From the NCBI GenBank assembly GCA_964445135.1, contig CAYUJW010000002.1, positions 1 to 56,795 on the forward strand: DNA of 56,795 nucleotides. The letters are read 5' to 3'. Shown here in pieces: positions 1 to 9,008 of the stretch. Position numbers and translations under genes: made by a program. Origin of the DNA: an uncultured Gammaproteobacteria bacterium. GTDB lineage: Bacteria > Patescibacteriota > Microgenomatia > UBA1406 > GWC2-37-13. The notes beneath the pieces are model-generated. The model was not told the origin of the DNA. It saw only the letters and a program-made list of their open reading frames with translations, and made no database searches. The stretch's first letter is position 1. Each line of letters begins with the position of its first letter.

Positions 1-1351
1 TCTCGCTTCCTAATTCTATAATCCCCGACCCTATCACAACTTTCTGGGATTGTGGAAAAAGCGCAAGTGTTGCAAGTGCACTCAAAAATCCGTTCTCTGA
101 ACTGTTGCTTGAATCGTTCAGGACCGTGCTCCCCCCAATTCCGCGGTGGATGGAAAGCTTGCCTTCGATTGCCGATATCTTTGCAATCCCCTCTTCAATC
201 TCATAATTGGTATATCCGTGATCGACACACCATCCAATAACGGGCAAAAGATTTTCGATTGAATGAATGCCCAAGAGATGAGTTTTGATATGTATGCGAC
301 GATCGCCATACGTCACGGTGGCTTGGCTGCCTTGATGTGTGGTGAGCGCGGAGTGCGCCTGAATATCTGCCTGGGCACTCGCGGAATAAGTAATCATACG
401 ACAGCTGGCGCGGGTTTGTATCTCATTTTGAAAGACTGGCTCAAGATGTGCATCAAGCTGGATGTACAGTACAGACGATGGATCGTTGAGATAGTCCAAA
501 ACCTCACTTTCTGTATGAATAAGATTCGACCTGTTTTTATACAAAGATAGATGTTGATTGCCAAATGATGTGATTACCGCGCAGTCTATGGAATCACCAA
601 GCACCGCGCAGGCTTCTGCCACTTCTCCCCTCTTATATCCCCCAACTTCACCAACAAAATACTCGGTATCATCGCGCAAATTCTTGAGAATTGAAAGCGC
701 GATACCAACTGCAGTATTCATATTTTTTTCAGTTTTCCCAATCTTGTGCTTTATGGCAATCATCTGGCTGAGAAACTCTTTGACGCTCGATTTCCCGTAC
801 GTGCCAGACACGACAATCGTCTCAACTGGATGATTGGCGAGGCGCATTTTGGCTTGTTCGATAGAGCTTTTTCGCATAAGATACGCAACGGGCCATGTCA
901 CCAAGACTCCGCAGATCGTGCATATGAGGGAATACAATGCGCATATAATGCCAAGCACAAGGAGTGCACCGACAATAATTGCGGCGGCCAAATACCCCCC
1001 ATCACCTGTGCAAAACAGGAGCGTTGCGGCTGAGTTATTGCAAAGCGGGGCCGCATCATATGAAAAGAGCGCAAGAAGCAGAAGGATGTATGAGATGGAA
1101 ATGAGCCAGATAAAGAGGATGAATGAGATGATGCTAATGAGAATATTGCGCTTGGAAAGAGCTCCTCGACGACCGAGGCTATGGGTAAAAAAGCCCACCC
1201 CCTCCTCCCGCATCTGTGAAAAAAACCGATCAAATCGATATTCTTTTATTTGAAAAAGATAAATAAGCGCTTGCGTGACGACAAGGTGGATAGATAGTAT
1301 CCCAATCCACACTGCAAACAACGTGATCAATGATTGATATGCAGAGTCCAT
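1..1351 (-). CDS. murF: UDP-MurNAc-tripeptide--D-Ala-D-Ala ligase (MurF-like). The 3' end runs off the left edge, and the first ~150 aa form a multi-pass membrane segment.
   Basis: Not in the ORF track because there is no stop inside the window. I translated the minus strand by hand from the ATG at 1351-1349 to position 2 without meeting a stop. Motifs: VVSGTYGKSSVKEF (Mur ligase P-loop), NTAVGIALSIL, FGNQHLSLYK, VLNDSSNSSENG, VIGSGIIELGSE. The ATG overlaps the TGA of the upstream gene by 1 nt. Confidence 0.8.
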   Translation of the reverse strand, partial: MDSAYQSLITLFAVWIGILSIHLVVTQALIYLFQIKEYRFDRFFSQMREEGVGFFTHSLGRRGALSKRNILISIISFILFIWLISISYILLLLALFSYDAAPLCNNSAATLLFCTGDGGYLAAAIIVGALLVLGIICALYSLICTICGVLVTWPVAYLMRKSSIEQAKMRLANHPVETIVVSGTYGKSSVKEFLSQMIAIKHKIGKTEKNMNTAVGIALSILKNLRDDTEYFVGEVGGYKRGEVAEACAVLGDSIDCAVITSFGNQHLSLYKNRSNLIHTESEVLDYLNDPSSVLYIQLDAHLEPVFQNEIQTRASCRMITYSASAQADIQAHSALTTHQGSQATVTYGDRRIHIKTHLLGIHSIENLLPVIGWCVDHGYTNYEIEEGIAKISAIEGKLSIHRGIGGSTVLNDSSNSSENGFLSALATLALFPQSQKVVIGSGIIELGSE

Positions 1352-2136
1352 CATGTGAAGGAAGCAATGTCTGCTACTAATAATTCAGGGTGATGAATGG
1401 GCAGTGCATGTCCCTGCTGGGGATAGATAATGATTTTTGATCCACGAATCAATGAGGTAAGCGGCATTCCATACTGCTCAAGAGGCGTCGCGCGATCGGT
1501 TTCTCCCCACAAGATAAGCGTTGGAGCTGTAATATCTGCCGCAAATGATGTTAGATCAAGTGCCATGATTTTTTTGAAGTTTTGTGCCAAGTGTGGAAAG
1601 CGCGAGATATCAGACTGGGGGTATAGGATTTTATACGCGAGCATCTTGAGCCGAGTAAGTGAGGCGGTGTTGACAAGATGTTGTAATGGAGCAACTACGT
1701 GTTTGAGGAGCACGAGTTTCGACTTTTTGTTCGTTCGCTTATATGAGCTATTACACAAGATGAGCCGATCAATAAGGTCTGGGTGACGTGCGGCAATATA
1801 GATGCCAAGTGCGCCGCCATAGGAGTGTCCAAAGTAGGTATACTGCTTAATGTGAAGCGCTTTCATAACATCTATCACGCACGTCGCATATTCGTGTGTT
1901 CCCCAGCTTTCTGGCGGATATTCACTTGTTCCAAATCCCGGAAGATCAAGAAGGATCGCTTTGTACCCCTGCTTTGAAAGGAGCAAGCCAAGCGGTCGAA
2001 GTGATTCTCGACTGCCGCCCCAACCATGAACGAGCAAGAGTGGACTCCCCTCCCCGATTATCTCAACCTCCACATCAACGGAGCATGCCTGTATCTTCAT
2101 TCCCCCATTATAGAGTGTTTGAGTGCGTATTTGCAC
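1351..2136 (-). CDS. alpha/beta-fold hydrolase
   Basis: LLLVHGWGGS (HG oxyanion motif), GHSYGG (GxSxG nucleophile elbow), C-terminal GHALPIHHPE. The start could instead be the internal Met (MKIQAC). Confidence 0.8.
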   Translation of the reverse strand: MQIRTQTLYNGGMKIQACSVDVEVEIIGEGSPLLLVHGWGGSRESLRPLGLLLSKQGYKAILLDLPGFGTSEYPPESWGTHEYATCVIDVMKALHIKQYTYFGHSYGGALGIYIAARHPDLIDRLILCNSSYKRTNKKSKLVLLKHVVAPLQHLVNTASLTRLKMLAYKILYPQSDISRFPHLAQNFKKIMALDLTSFAADITAPTLILWGETDRATPLEQYGMPLTSLIRGSKIIIYPQQGHALPIHHPELLVADIASFT

Positions 2137-2162
2137 TATTCTGATGAGAAATCAGCTTTTTA

Positions 2163-2834
2163 TTATTTTGAAGTGTATGATTCACGGAGTTGTTTTGCAA
2201 AGTCTTCGATCGATGCAATCTGCATGTTACGCCCATTCAAAAAGAACGATGGTGTGCCCTGCACTCCCCCTTCATTTCCAAGGGCCAAGTCGTCTTGAAC
2301 CACTTTGACAACTGCGTCAGACTTCATGTCTTTGGTAAATGTGTCAGTATCTAACTTGAGGCTTTTTGCGTACTTGATGAATGCGTCAGTTGGATCGCTC
2401 ATCTGACTCCACTCAACTTGCTTGGTGAACAAGACATCTGAATATTCAAAAAACTTGCCCTGTCGGCCTGCTGCTTCTGCCGCATACGAGGCAGCGCGAG
2501 CATTTTTATGAATCGTAAACAGGGGGAAATGACGGTAGACAAATGTCACATTCTTGACGATGTCGTTGTTTGGATGTTCGGGGTTTTCCCAGCTTTTGAG
2601 CTCGGCGTGAAACTGCGCACATGCCGGACACTGTTGATCGCTGTACTCGACTAACACCGCTTTTTTAGAAGGATTCCACTTGATATGATCGCTTGCGCGT
2701 ACTGTTTTTGAGCTTTCAATTACGGTGCCTGACTGAGTGCTTGTCCCAGCTCCGCTGGCATTGTAGACGAGTGCCAAAAACCCAACAATTGCAAAAAATG
2801 AAACGATTGAAATGATGATCGTATTTTTGTTCAT
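2163..2834 (-). CDS. DsbA-like thioredoxin-fold thiol:disulfide oxidoreductase, membrane-anchored
   Basis: N-terminal TM helix, CPAC active-site motif (QQCPACAQFH), C-terminal GTPSFFLNG typical of the DsbA family. Confidence 0.8.
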   Translation of the reverse strand: MNKNTIIISIVSFFAIVGFLALVYNASGAGTSTQSGTVIESSKTVRASDHIKWNPSKKAVLVEYSDQQCPACAQFHAELKSWENPEHPNNDIVKNVTFVYRHFPLFTIHKNARAASYAAEAAGRQGKFFEYSDVLFTKQVEWSQMSDPTDAFIKYAKSLKLDTDTFTKDMKSDAVVKVVQDDLALGNEGGVQGTPSFFLNGRNMQIASIEDFAKQLRESYTSK

Positions 2835-2927
2835 ACAGGCTCTATGATACGCAGATGAGAGGAAAATCTCAAGCGAAGAAATCGTGCGAAAATGGAGGCT
2901 TGATGCAGGGGGCGCGTGCCGAGAGTG

Positions 2928-3584
2928 TTATGGGATGCGGATTTCCACATCACACGCAATGTTGTTGATGTCGCCGAGGATACGAGCGTTTGCATCATAA
3001 ATAGTTTGAGCTTTTGATGCATCGGCATAGAATGCATAGGCAATGCTGCCTAAGGTGTCGCCACATTGAACAACATATGTCATACTTCGTCCTGCTCCCG
3101 TTTGAGGTGGTTGGGCGCCAAATGAGGTGTTGTTGGAGTCGGTGACATACGGCACTTGCTCATACGTTGCGGGCTTTGTTGCACTTTGTTTTTTGGTGAG
3201 TGTTGGTGTGGGCTTTTTTGCTACAACCGCTCCTTTTTTAGCGTTTTGAGTTGGAGTAGGTGTTGTCCTAGTGACTACAGATTTATTGGTGATTGGCTTC
3301 GTGGTTGGGACGCGTGTTGGCCCAACGGTTGGATTTAACAGTCCGCTGGTCTGACTCAAACCAGAATCGTTTGCCGCCTTTTCATCAGTGCGATTGGGGG
3401 CAGCAGCTGATTCGGTGTCAGATGTTCTCTGAAACGTTGCAAATGCATGCAGCAATTGGTTGGTGGCGGCAGCTGGCGAATTGGTGCCATTTTTATGAAA
3501 CAGCAATGCAACTGAAATGGCAATCACGCTAATCATGCAAAGCGCTGTGAGTTTGACGGGGGTTGTAATTGTGTTGGTGTTCAT
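2928..3584 (-). CDS. LysM-domain protein with N-terminal TM anchor and Thr/Pro-rich linker
   Basis: C-terminal YVVQCGDTLGSIAYAFY...IYDANARILGDINNI matches the LysM pattern. I trimmed the start to the ATG (MNTNTI) because the track start is TTG. Confidence 0.75.
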   Translation of the reverse strand: MNTNTITTPVKLTALCMISVIAISVALLFHKNGTNSPAAATNQLLHAFATFQRTSDTESAAAPNRTDEKAANDSGLSQTSGLLNPTVGPTRVPTTKPITNKSVVTRTTPTPTQNAKKGAVVAKKPTPTLTKKQSATKPATYEQVPYVTDSNNTSFGAQPPQTGAGRSMTYVVQCGDTLGSIAYAFYADASKAQTIYDANARILGDINNIACDVEIRIP

Positions 3585-3595
3585 AAGGATCAAGC

Positions 3596-4774
3596 TTAAT
3601 GAGTAATCTCGCGCCCGAGAATTTTGGCTGCGTTGATGAGTCCGCGCAATTGATCAACTGTTGGAACTTGGTGAATGTATGCCTCGCGTTCATTGGTCGA
3701 AACCACTGCTTCGTGCAATTTTTGAGGATTTCTTTTTCCCAGTTCAACGATTGTGTCGACGCCCGATTTTTCAAGCAATTGACCCAATACGCTATCGACA
3801 CCAGGCAAGCGCATCAGATCTGCAACGTTTGCATAGGTTAACAAATCACCCTCTGCAATTTGAGTTTGAGCAGCTAAGCTTTCGCGTTCTTGTGGTGTAT
3901 TTACGTGTTGTAAAAATGTCTCGATATGGGAAATTCCCACTGCATAAAGTGATTGTAAATCATGCTCTGGAATAAAGTGAATAAAATGAAGCGGCGTCAT
4001 ATTCTCTTCGGTTGTTGGGTCAATATGAAGCGGGGTTGCATGCATTGTTTGCTCAGTCATTGGTGTTGTGTTTGTTTCTTGTTGCGGCATGCGCTCATCA
4101 AGTCCGTCAGACACGGGAATCGTGATGAATTGGGCGGTGGTGGATGTGGTTGAATCAGGGGTGTCTTCAAGCACCGTTGGCGCTTCTTCAGTCAGTGGTG
4201 TGGCATTTTCATATACATATGAAGGTTCTGTCACGGCCTGATTGAGTAGCACGTCGTCTGTTGGTTCTGGGGTGTAGTCGCGTGCGATGATGCCATGCAC
4301 GGTAAGCACACCAAACACCCACCCAAAGAGTCCACCAATTAAACCAATGATTGCGCCAAGTGCGCTGAGCGCAAGAGTTGCCATAAGGTTAAAGACGAGC
4401 AGAGAAAATATTCGTGACCCTTCAGAAACAGAGGGAATAAGTTGCGAAAGATAATCTTGAGTCAATATCATGGGAAGTGCGAGGGCAACCAGCACGAGAA
4501 CAAGCGCAGTATACATAACGCTATATAATCCGGTTTTGGCGGCGGCATAAAGGCTATGTGCGGTTTGAAGGCTGAATCGGTATGCCGAGACGGCAGATGT
4601 GGCTCCTGCCACCATAACAACTACTATAAGAAGTATGTCATACCACTCAAATATGGCCTTACTCTGGTAACCAGAATATGGTCTGAGGATGTTTTTCATG
4701 ACAAGCAATATAAGCAGCAGGGCCGCCGTATAGATTGCATTGCTTTGAACAAGTTTTTTGAGTGGCAAAAACAT
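3596..4774 (-). CDS. multi-pass membrane protein with a C-terminal helix-hairpin-helix-like (DUF4332-like) domain
   Basis: About 5 hydrophobic helices in the first 170 aa. The C-terminus LPGVDSVLGQLLEKSGVDTIVELGKRNPQKL resembles DUF4332/HhH. This is recognition only. Confidence 0.5.
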   Translation of the reverse strand: MFLPLKKLVQSNAIYTAALLLILLVMKNILRPYSGYQSKAIFEWYDILLIVVVMVAGATSAVSAYRFSLQTAHSLYAAAKTGLYSVMYTALVLVLVALALPMILTQDYLSQLIPSVSEGSRIFSLLVFNLMATLALSALGAIIGLIGGLFGWVFGVLTVHGIIARDYTPEPTDDVLLNQAVTEPSYVYENATPLTEEAPTVLEDTPDSTTSTTAQFITIPVSDGLDERMPQQETNTTPMTEQTMHATPLHIDPTTEENMTPLHFIHFIPEHDLQSLYAVGISHIETFLQHVNTPQERESLAAQTQIAEGDLLTYANVADLMRLPGVDSVLGQLLEKSGVDTIVELGKRNPQKLHEAVVSTNEREAYIHQVPTVDQLRGLINAAKILGREITH

Positions 4775-4872
4775 AAGAAAAATACCAGAGTAATCTGATG
4801 AAAGTAGTATACACTATGGGCCTAATTTAATCAATCCAGAGCGCGCTTTGGAAGCCCTTGATGAAGCAGCAC

Positions 4873-5622
4873 TTACTCGAGTGCCAAAAGAAGCCACATT
4901 ACCCAAATACCAGCTAGCATTGTTGCAAGTTGAATGAGGCTGCTTCGATGCTTGGTCTGCTTGTGGAGTTCAGGAATCATGTCTGCAGCGGCAATATAGA
5001 TAAAGTTTCCGGCTGCTGCCGCACTGAGGATGAGTGCCCAATTTTCGGCGCGTTCACTCAAAACTACAAACAAGGCAACTCCGAAAAATGCGGTAAGCGC
5101 GGAGAGAAGGTTGTACACCAAGGCGCGAGCTCGAGTGTATCCGCTGTGAATCAACACGCCAAAATTACCAATCTCTTGGGGAATCTCGTGCAGAATGACG
5201 GCCATGGTGGTCGCCAACCCAACGGGCACACTTATGGCAAATGAGGCGGCAATAATCATACCGTCGATCATGTTATGGAGACCATCTCCGGTGAGCGTCA
5301 TGATGCCAAGCGGGTTTGCATGTTGTTCGTCGCAATTATCTTGATGACTATGATGCGCATGGACCCATTTTTCAAGAATAAACGTCGCAACAATTCCTCC
5401 CAAAATCCAGATTGACACATCGGTCCCAAACCCAGCTTCCTCAACAACTTCTGGCAAGAGGTGTAAAAACACATCGCCCAACAAGGCACCAACTGAAAAG
5501 CTTACAAAATATCCAAGCACTCGTTGCATGCGACGACCCAAGGGTATCGTGAGTACACCAACCAAGGATATGAGGCTAACGGCCGCGACGCTCAGGAGCG
5601 TATAAATGAAACTCATTTGCAT
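4873..5622 (-). CDS. ZIP-family divalent metal (zinc) transporter
   Basis: HEIPQEIGNFGVLI signature, a His-rich loop (HAHHSHQDNCDEQH), and about 8 TM helices. Confidence 0.85.
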   Translation of the reverse strand: MQMSFIYTLLSVAAVSLISLVGVLTIPLGRRMQRVLGYFVSFSVGALLGDVFLHLLPEVVEEAGFGTDVSIWILGGIVATFILEKWVHAHHSHQDNCDEQHANPLGIMTLTGDGLHNMIDGMIIAASFAISVPVGLATTMAVILHEIPQEIGNFGVLIHSGYTRARALVYNLLSALTAFFGVALFVVLSERAENWALILSAAAAGNFIYIAAADMIPELHKQTKHRSSLIQLATMLAGIWVMWLLLALE

Positions 5623-5663
5623 ATGGATACATTATAGCACGTACCATATATCACTTTGCAAGC

Positions 5664-6353
5664 TCAAAAAACCCTGTTGCTGGGCCGTCGCTCAGGGGGT
5701 GATGGGTTGAATGTGCTCAAGAATGCCTCAGCTTGGGTAAGATACTGATGCTGCATTGCTTCAAACGTTTCGGGATCTATATCATTTGGGTTAAGAAGTC
5801 GTCGTCGACCGTCATAGAGCACTGCCATTTCTGAACCCGTTTTGCTCGGCTCCTCGGCGATAATCTCAGCGTGCACAGCAACGGATGCGTTGTGAGCGAT
5901 TGCGCATATCAAACGATAGCTTGGATGATCTAATTCACTGACAATTGATGAGGTCACAACTACCGGATTCGTGTCATTTCGACTGTATGTTACTTCACCA
6001 TACTTCCCCCATTCAGGGTTGGTGACCGTTTGCAAAAAAGCGTTGGCACTGGTTGATATGCCAAGTCGCTCAAATAATGCGCGATATTTGGGGTGTGCGG
6101 GGTTGGCTCGGAATTCGGCCGGAACAAGCGTTGCAGATTGTGAGGCAACCAGATCATCATTTGCGTCGCCAAACACATGCACATATGCTCCGGGACATGT
6201 GGTGTCTGCGGGCGTTATGCTTTGTTGACGGATGATTGCCAGCCGATAGTCGCTTGAGGTGCGTGCAAACCGATTCTCCTCTCTGAGATCGCGTTCATGA
6301 TCAAGCGTGGCAATTGTGAGGTTGGTTGGTTGGGGGCGTTCGTGTTGCGACAT
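5664..6353 (-). CDS. hypothetical protein
   Basis: Long ORF with a TATAAT box 11 nt upstream of the ATG. No motif recognised. Confidence 0.5.
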   Translation of the reverse strand: MSQHERPQPTNLTIATLDHERDLREENRFARTSSDYRLAIIRQQSITPADTTCPGAYVHVFGDANDDLVASQSATLVPAEFRANPAHPKYRALFERLGISTSANAFLQTVTNPEWGKYGEVTYSRNDTNPVVVTSSIVSELDHPSYRLICAIAHNASVAVHAEIIAEEPSKTGSEMAVLYDGRRRLLNPNDIDPETFEAMQHQYLTQAEAFLSTFNPSPPERRPSNRVF

Positions 6354-6402
6354 ATTTTGAGTGTATTATACTCCCCGTTTTTCGTAAAATATAGTAATTT
6401 TT

Positions 6403-7020
6403 ATGAGAACATCCTCTATGAATATTTCCACCGTTTTGTCGCACTTTAAAACGCATGATCCCCTCCTCTATTCGTGGGCGATGCGCTGCGATCTTCAACC
6501 GATCATGACCACTGACAATTTGTTTCTTCGCATATGTGACTCAATCATCTCGCAGCAATTGTCAACGAAGGCAGCAGACGCCATACTTGCCCGTTTTGTC
6601 GGCCTATTCCCCCACTCGCTCCCCACAGCCCCCCTCATACTGACTCTTGATCCACAAGCGATCCGGGATGTTGGTATATCATGGGCCAAAGTGCGAAGCT
6701 TAGTGGACTTGGCCGAAACGATCGATGATGGACGACTGGCATTATCTGAGCTTCCCGCCCTTTCTGATGAAGCGGCGATGTTGGCGCTTTGCCAGGTGAA
6801 AGGAATTGGACCATGGACAGCCGAGATGATCATGATGTTTGGCCTCGCACGCCTCGATTTGTATTCGCACGGAGATTTGGGTTTAAGAAAAGGAATGCAG
6901 AAAATATATGAACTCCCCGCTCTTCCCTCGGTTGAAGAAGCTGAAAAAATCACCGCTGTCTGGTCGCCGTACCGCACGTATGGTTGCCGCGTCCTCTGGC
7001 GAAGTCTTGAACTCCCCTAA
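6403..7020 (+). CDS. HhH-GPD superfamily DNA glycosylase (AlkA/3-methyladenine glycosylase II-like)
   Basis: VKGIGPWTAEMIMMFGL (helix-hairpin-helix with GPD loop) followed by SHGDLGLRKG, which carries the candidate catalytic Asp. Confidence 0.8.
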   Translation: MRTSSMNISTVLSHFKTHDPLLYSWAMRCDLQPIMTTDNLFLRICDSIISQQLSTKAADAILARFVGLFPHSLPTAPLILTLDPQAIRDVGISWAKVRSLVDLAETIDDGRLALSELPALSDEAAMLALCQVKGIGPWTAEMIMMFGLARLDLYSHGDLGLRKGMQKIYELPALPSVEEAEKITAVWSPYRTYGCRVLWRSLELP

Positions 7021-7086
7021 GGCATGGGAAACGCACATTGTTGCCGTCTCATGCAAACGCATTGGCCACCAATCGCCACTATTTCG

Positions 7087-7818
7087 CTATTTGCTATCCA
7101 GATACTCGCGCACCATGCGCAAGTAATCAACGCCTTCCTTTTGAAACAGGAGCTTCTGCTCGTCGTTCATGCCTAGCAAGCCATCCATTTCAATTGACCC
7201 GGAAGTCAGCGTGAACCCTATCTCCGTGCTCGTAAAATCCCATCGCTTGTGTGTGAGGGGTATGGCACTTTGTTCAGTGCACAACATAGATCTTTGATCA
7301 AACGAATGGAATTGTCCTGCGTCCCGGGTGACGCGTGTAAACATAAGTGCGCTGTAGATACGGCCCGGTTCGACTTCGCCTATACGAAGTGGCAGCGCTT
7401 CTTCGTGGCTAATACGCTTGAGATCCTCCAAATATTCTTCAACTGATCCGTCCAAGAGTTGGTCAAATCGAGCAGGCGGTGCGGATTCGGGGCGCGCGTT
7501 GAGCTTTTCTTCGCTTGGATAGTCAGGCGGTGAAATTGCGCTGAGCGCATAAATATGCAGGTCTGGATTCCAGTCAAATGTATAGCTTGTCGACTGGTGG
7601 GAAATTGGTTCGCGGGCAATGACTTCAAGCGCCGCCCCCGCCCCTGTAGTGTGGTGTAGCTCCCACACCTGATCACCTACGATTTGGTAATAGACCGATT
7701 TGCAAACAGCAATGCTTTGGTAATCTTCAAACATGCGGTCAACGAGTGTTGCGCCGTCTGATGATAGCTGCGACACGCGCTGCTCATATGTTGGTTGCCG
7801 TGGACAGTGTTCTTTCAT
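7087..7818 (-). CDS. hypothetical protein
   Basis: Long ORF convergent with the glycosylase gene. No motif recognised. Confidence 0.5.
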   Translation of the reverse strand: MKEHCPRQPTYEQRVSQLSSDGATLVDRMFEDYQSIAVCKSVYYQIVGDQVWELHHTTGAGAALEVIAREPISHQSTSYTFDWNPDLHIYALSAISPPDYPSEEKLNARPESAPPARFDQLLDGSVEEYLEDLKRISHEEALPLRIGEVEPGRIYSALMFTRVTRDAGQFHSFDQRSMLCTEQSAIPLTHKRWDFTSTEIGFTLTSGSIEMDGLLGMNDEQKLLFQKEGVDYLRMVREYLDSK

Positions 7819-7944
7819 ACGATAATCCCCAATTTAAGCATTGTAGCACAGTAATCTGGATTAATAAGAGGTGCCACGTGCATGCTCACTTCATGCGCCT
7901 CTCATGATACAATTGCAGGTGTGGGGCATGTGTTGCCCAAAAAA

Positions 7945-8035
7945 GGAGAGGTCGCATAGTTGGTCTAGTGCGCAGACCTGGAAAGTCTGTATCTCAGCAA
8001 TGGGATCGGGGGTTCGAATCCCCCTCTCTCCGCCA
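7945..8035 (+). tRNA. tRNA-Ser (anticodon GGA), long variable arm, CCA encoded
   Basis: Hand fold: acceptor GGAGAGG/TCTCTCC, anticodon stem CAGAC/GTCTG with loop CTGGAAA, variable arm TATCTCAGCAATGGGATC, T arm GGGGG-TTCGAAT-CCCCC, then G-CCA. Confidence 0.9.
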
Positions 8036-8143
8036 GAGTATTAAAGCAAAGTGATGGGATACATAAAATTTGTTTAATTTAAAACCTCAATTAAATAGTC
8101 GCAAAAATTATAATGACGCTTTAATGGGCTGTGATTACTCCCT

Positions 8144-8614
8144 ATGTTTGTAAGACGCGCAAAACCAACAGATAAAGATGCCGTGTTAGTTATGCTTGAT
8201 GAATTTCGAGCAGACTGCATCGAGCAAATTACTGGAAAGCCGAGCGGCTCACACACTGCCCGTGAAGGTGGTACGCATATTTATGAGTCTCTTCTATCTC
8301 GGTCTGATTATTGTATTTTTTTACTAGAAGACTCAATATCTGAGATTGTAGGAGTTCTCACAGGATATCTTTGTCCAATGTTAAGAAGTGGTGAAGTGAG
8401 AGCAGAAATTGAAGAATTCTTTGTGCAAAAAGAGTTTCGAGGGGATGGTAATGCTCAAAAACTTATGGATGCTTTTTTTGATTGGGCAAAAGTTCATCAA
8501 GCTCTAAAGGTTAATTTGGAGTCAGATAATGAACTGCTGAGGGCACATGGTTTTTACAAAAAATATGGTTTTGAAACTAAAGCTCGCAGATTTGTAAAGA
8601 ATATAGACAACTAA
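8144..8614 (+). CDS. GNAT-family N-acetyltransferase
   Basis: Motif A EEFFVQKEFRGDGNAQKLMDAFFDWAK (R/QxxGxG/A) and C-terminal FYKKYGF. Confidence 0.8.
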   Translation: MFVRRAKPTDKDAVLVMLDEFRADCIEQITGKPSGSHTAREGGTHIYESLLSRSDYCIFLLEDSISEIVGVLTGYLCPMLRSGEVRAEIEEFFVQKEFRGDGNAQKLMDAFFDWAKVHQALKVNLESDNELLRAHGFYKKYGFETKARRFVKNIDN

Positions 8615-9008
8615 TTTTGACAACGCACGGGCTTCGAGCATGCGTATTTTATAGCTTTATACAGTTTTCAATACGGTTGTTTTGTCAGGTTTACATCAGG
8701 TAACTCGTCCGCTATACTGAGGGCTCCGGTTTTTCGCACAACCTTTTTTGTACATATAGGTTGCCCAACACAGTCCCCATGAATCCCTGGCACATTCGCC
8801 GCTTCATGAACGCACCGCATTATCGCTGTGCCAACTGACATTTGGGCAGGTGATATACACATACAAACATTGGTTTGTGCACCAAATTTTCACAGCTCAC
8901 GACGAACTTACATCTCGCGGTTGTTCTGTCTCTATTGGTGTGTGTGCGGCATTTGCCAACGGCATGACCGGTTCATTGTCAGTTTCCCAATAATACGAGG
9001 TATATCCT

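Noticed and set aside
263-1253. Plus-strand ORFs 263..550, 558..833, 746..1033 and 834..1253, and minus ORF 898..1233
   Set aside because: All overlap the hand-translated murF frame, which has multiple Mur-ligase motifs and is open for the entire 1351 nt. The listed ORFs have no motifs.
8615-9008. ydaO-type cyclic-di-AMP riboswitch in the 394-nt gap upstream of the Rpf-like gene
   Set aside because: The idea came from the fact that actinobacterial rpf genes are often controlled by this riboswitch. I found only partial resemblances (TGAATCC, and ACAGCTCACGACGAAC versus the consensus ACAGCUAACCUCGUAAGC). The ACGGGGA and CCCGAA blocks are not present in the right order. This is not supportable by eye. 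An Infernal search with Rfam RF00379 over 8615-9008 would settle it. The two short ORFs there (8668..8862, 8828..9016) also look spurious.
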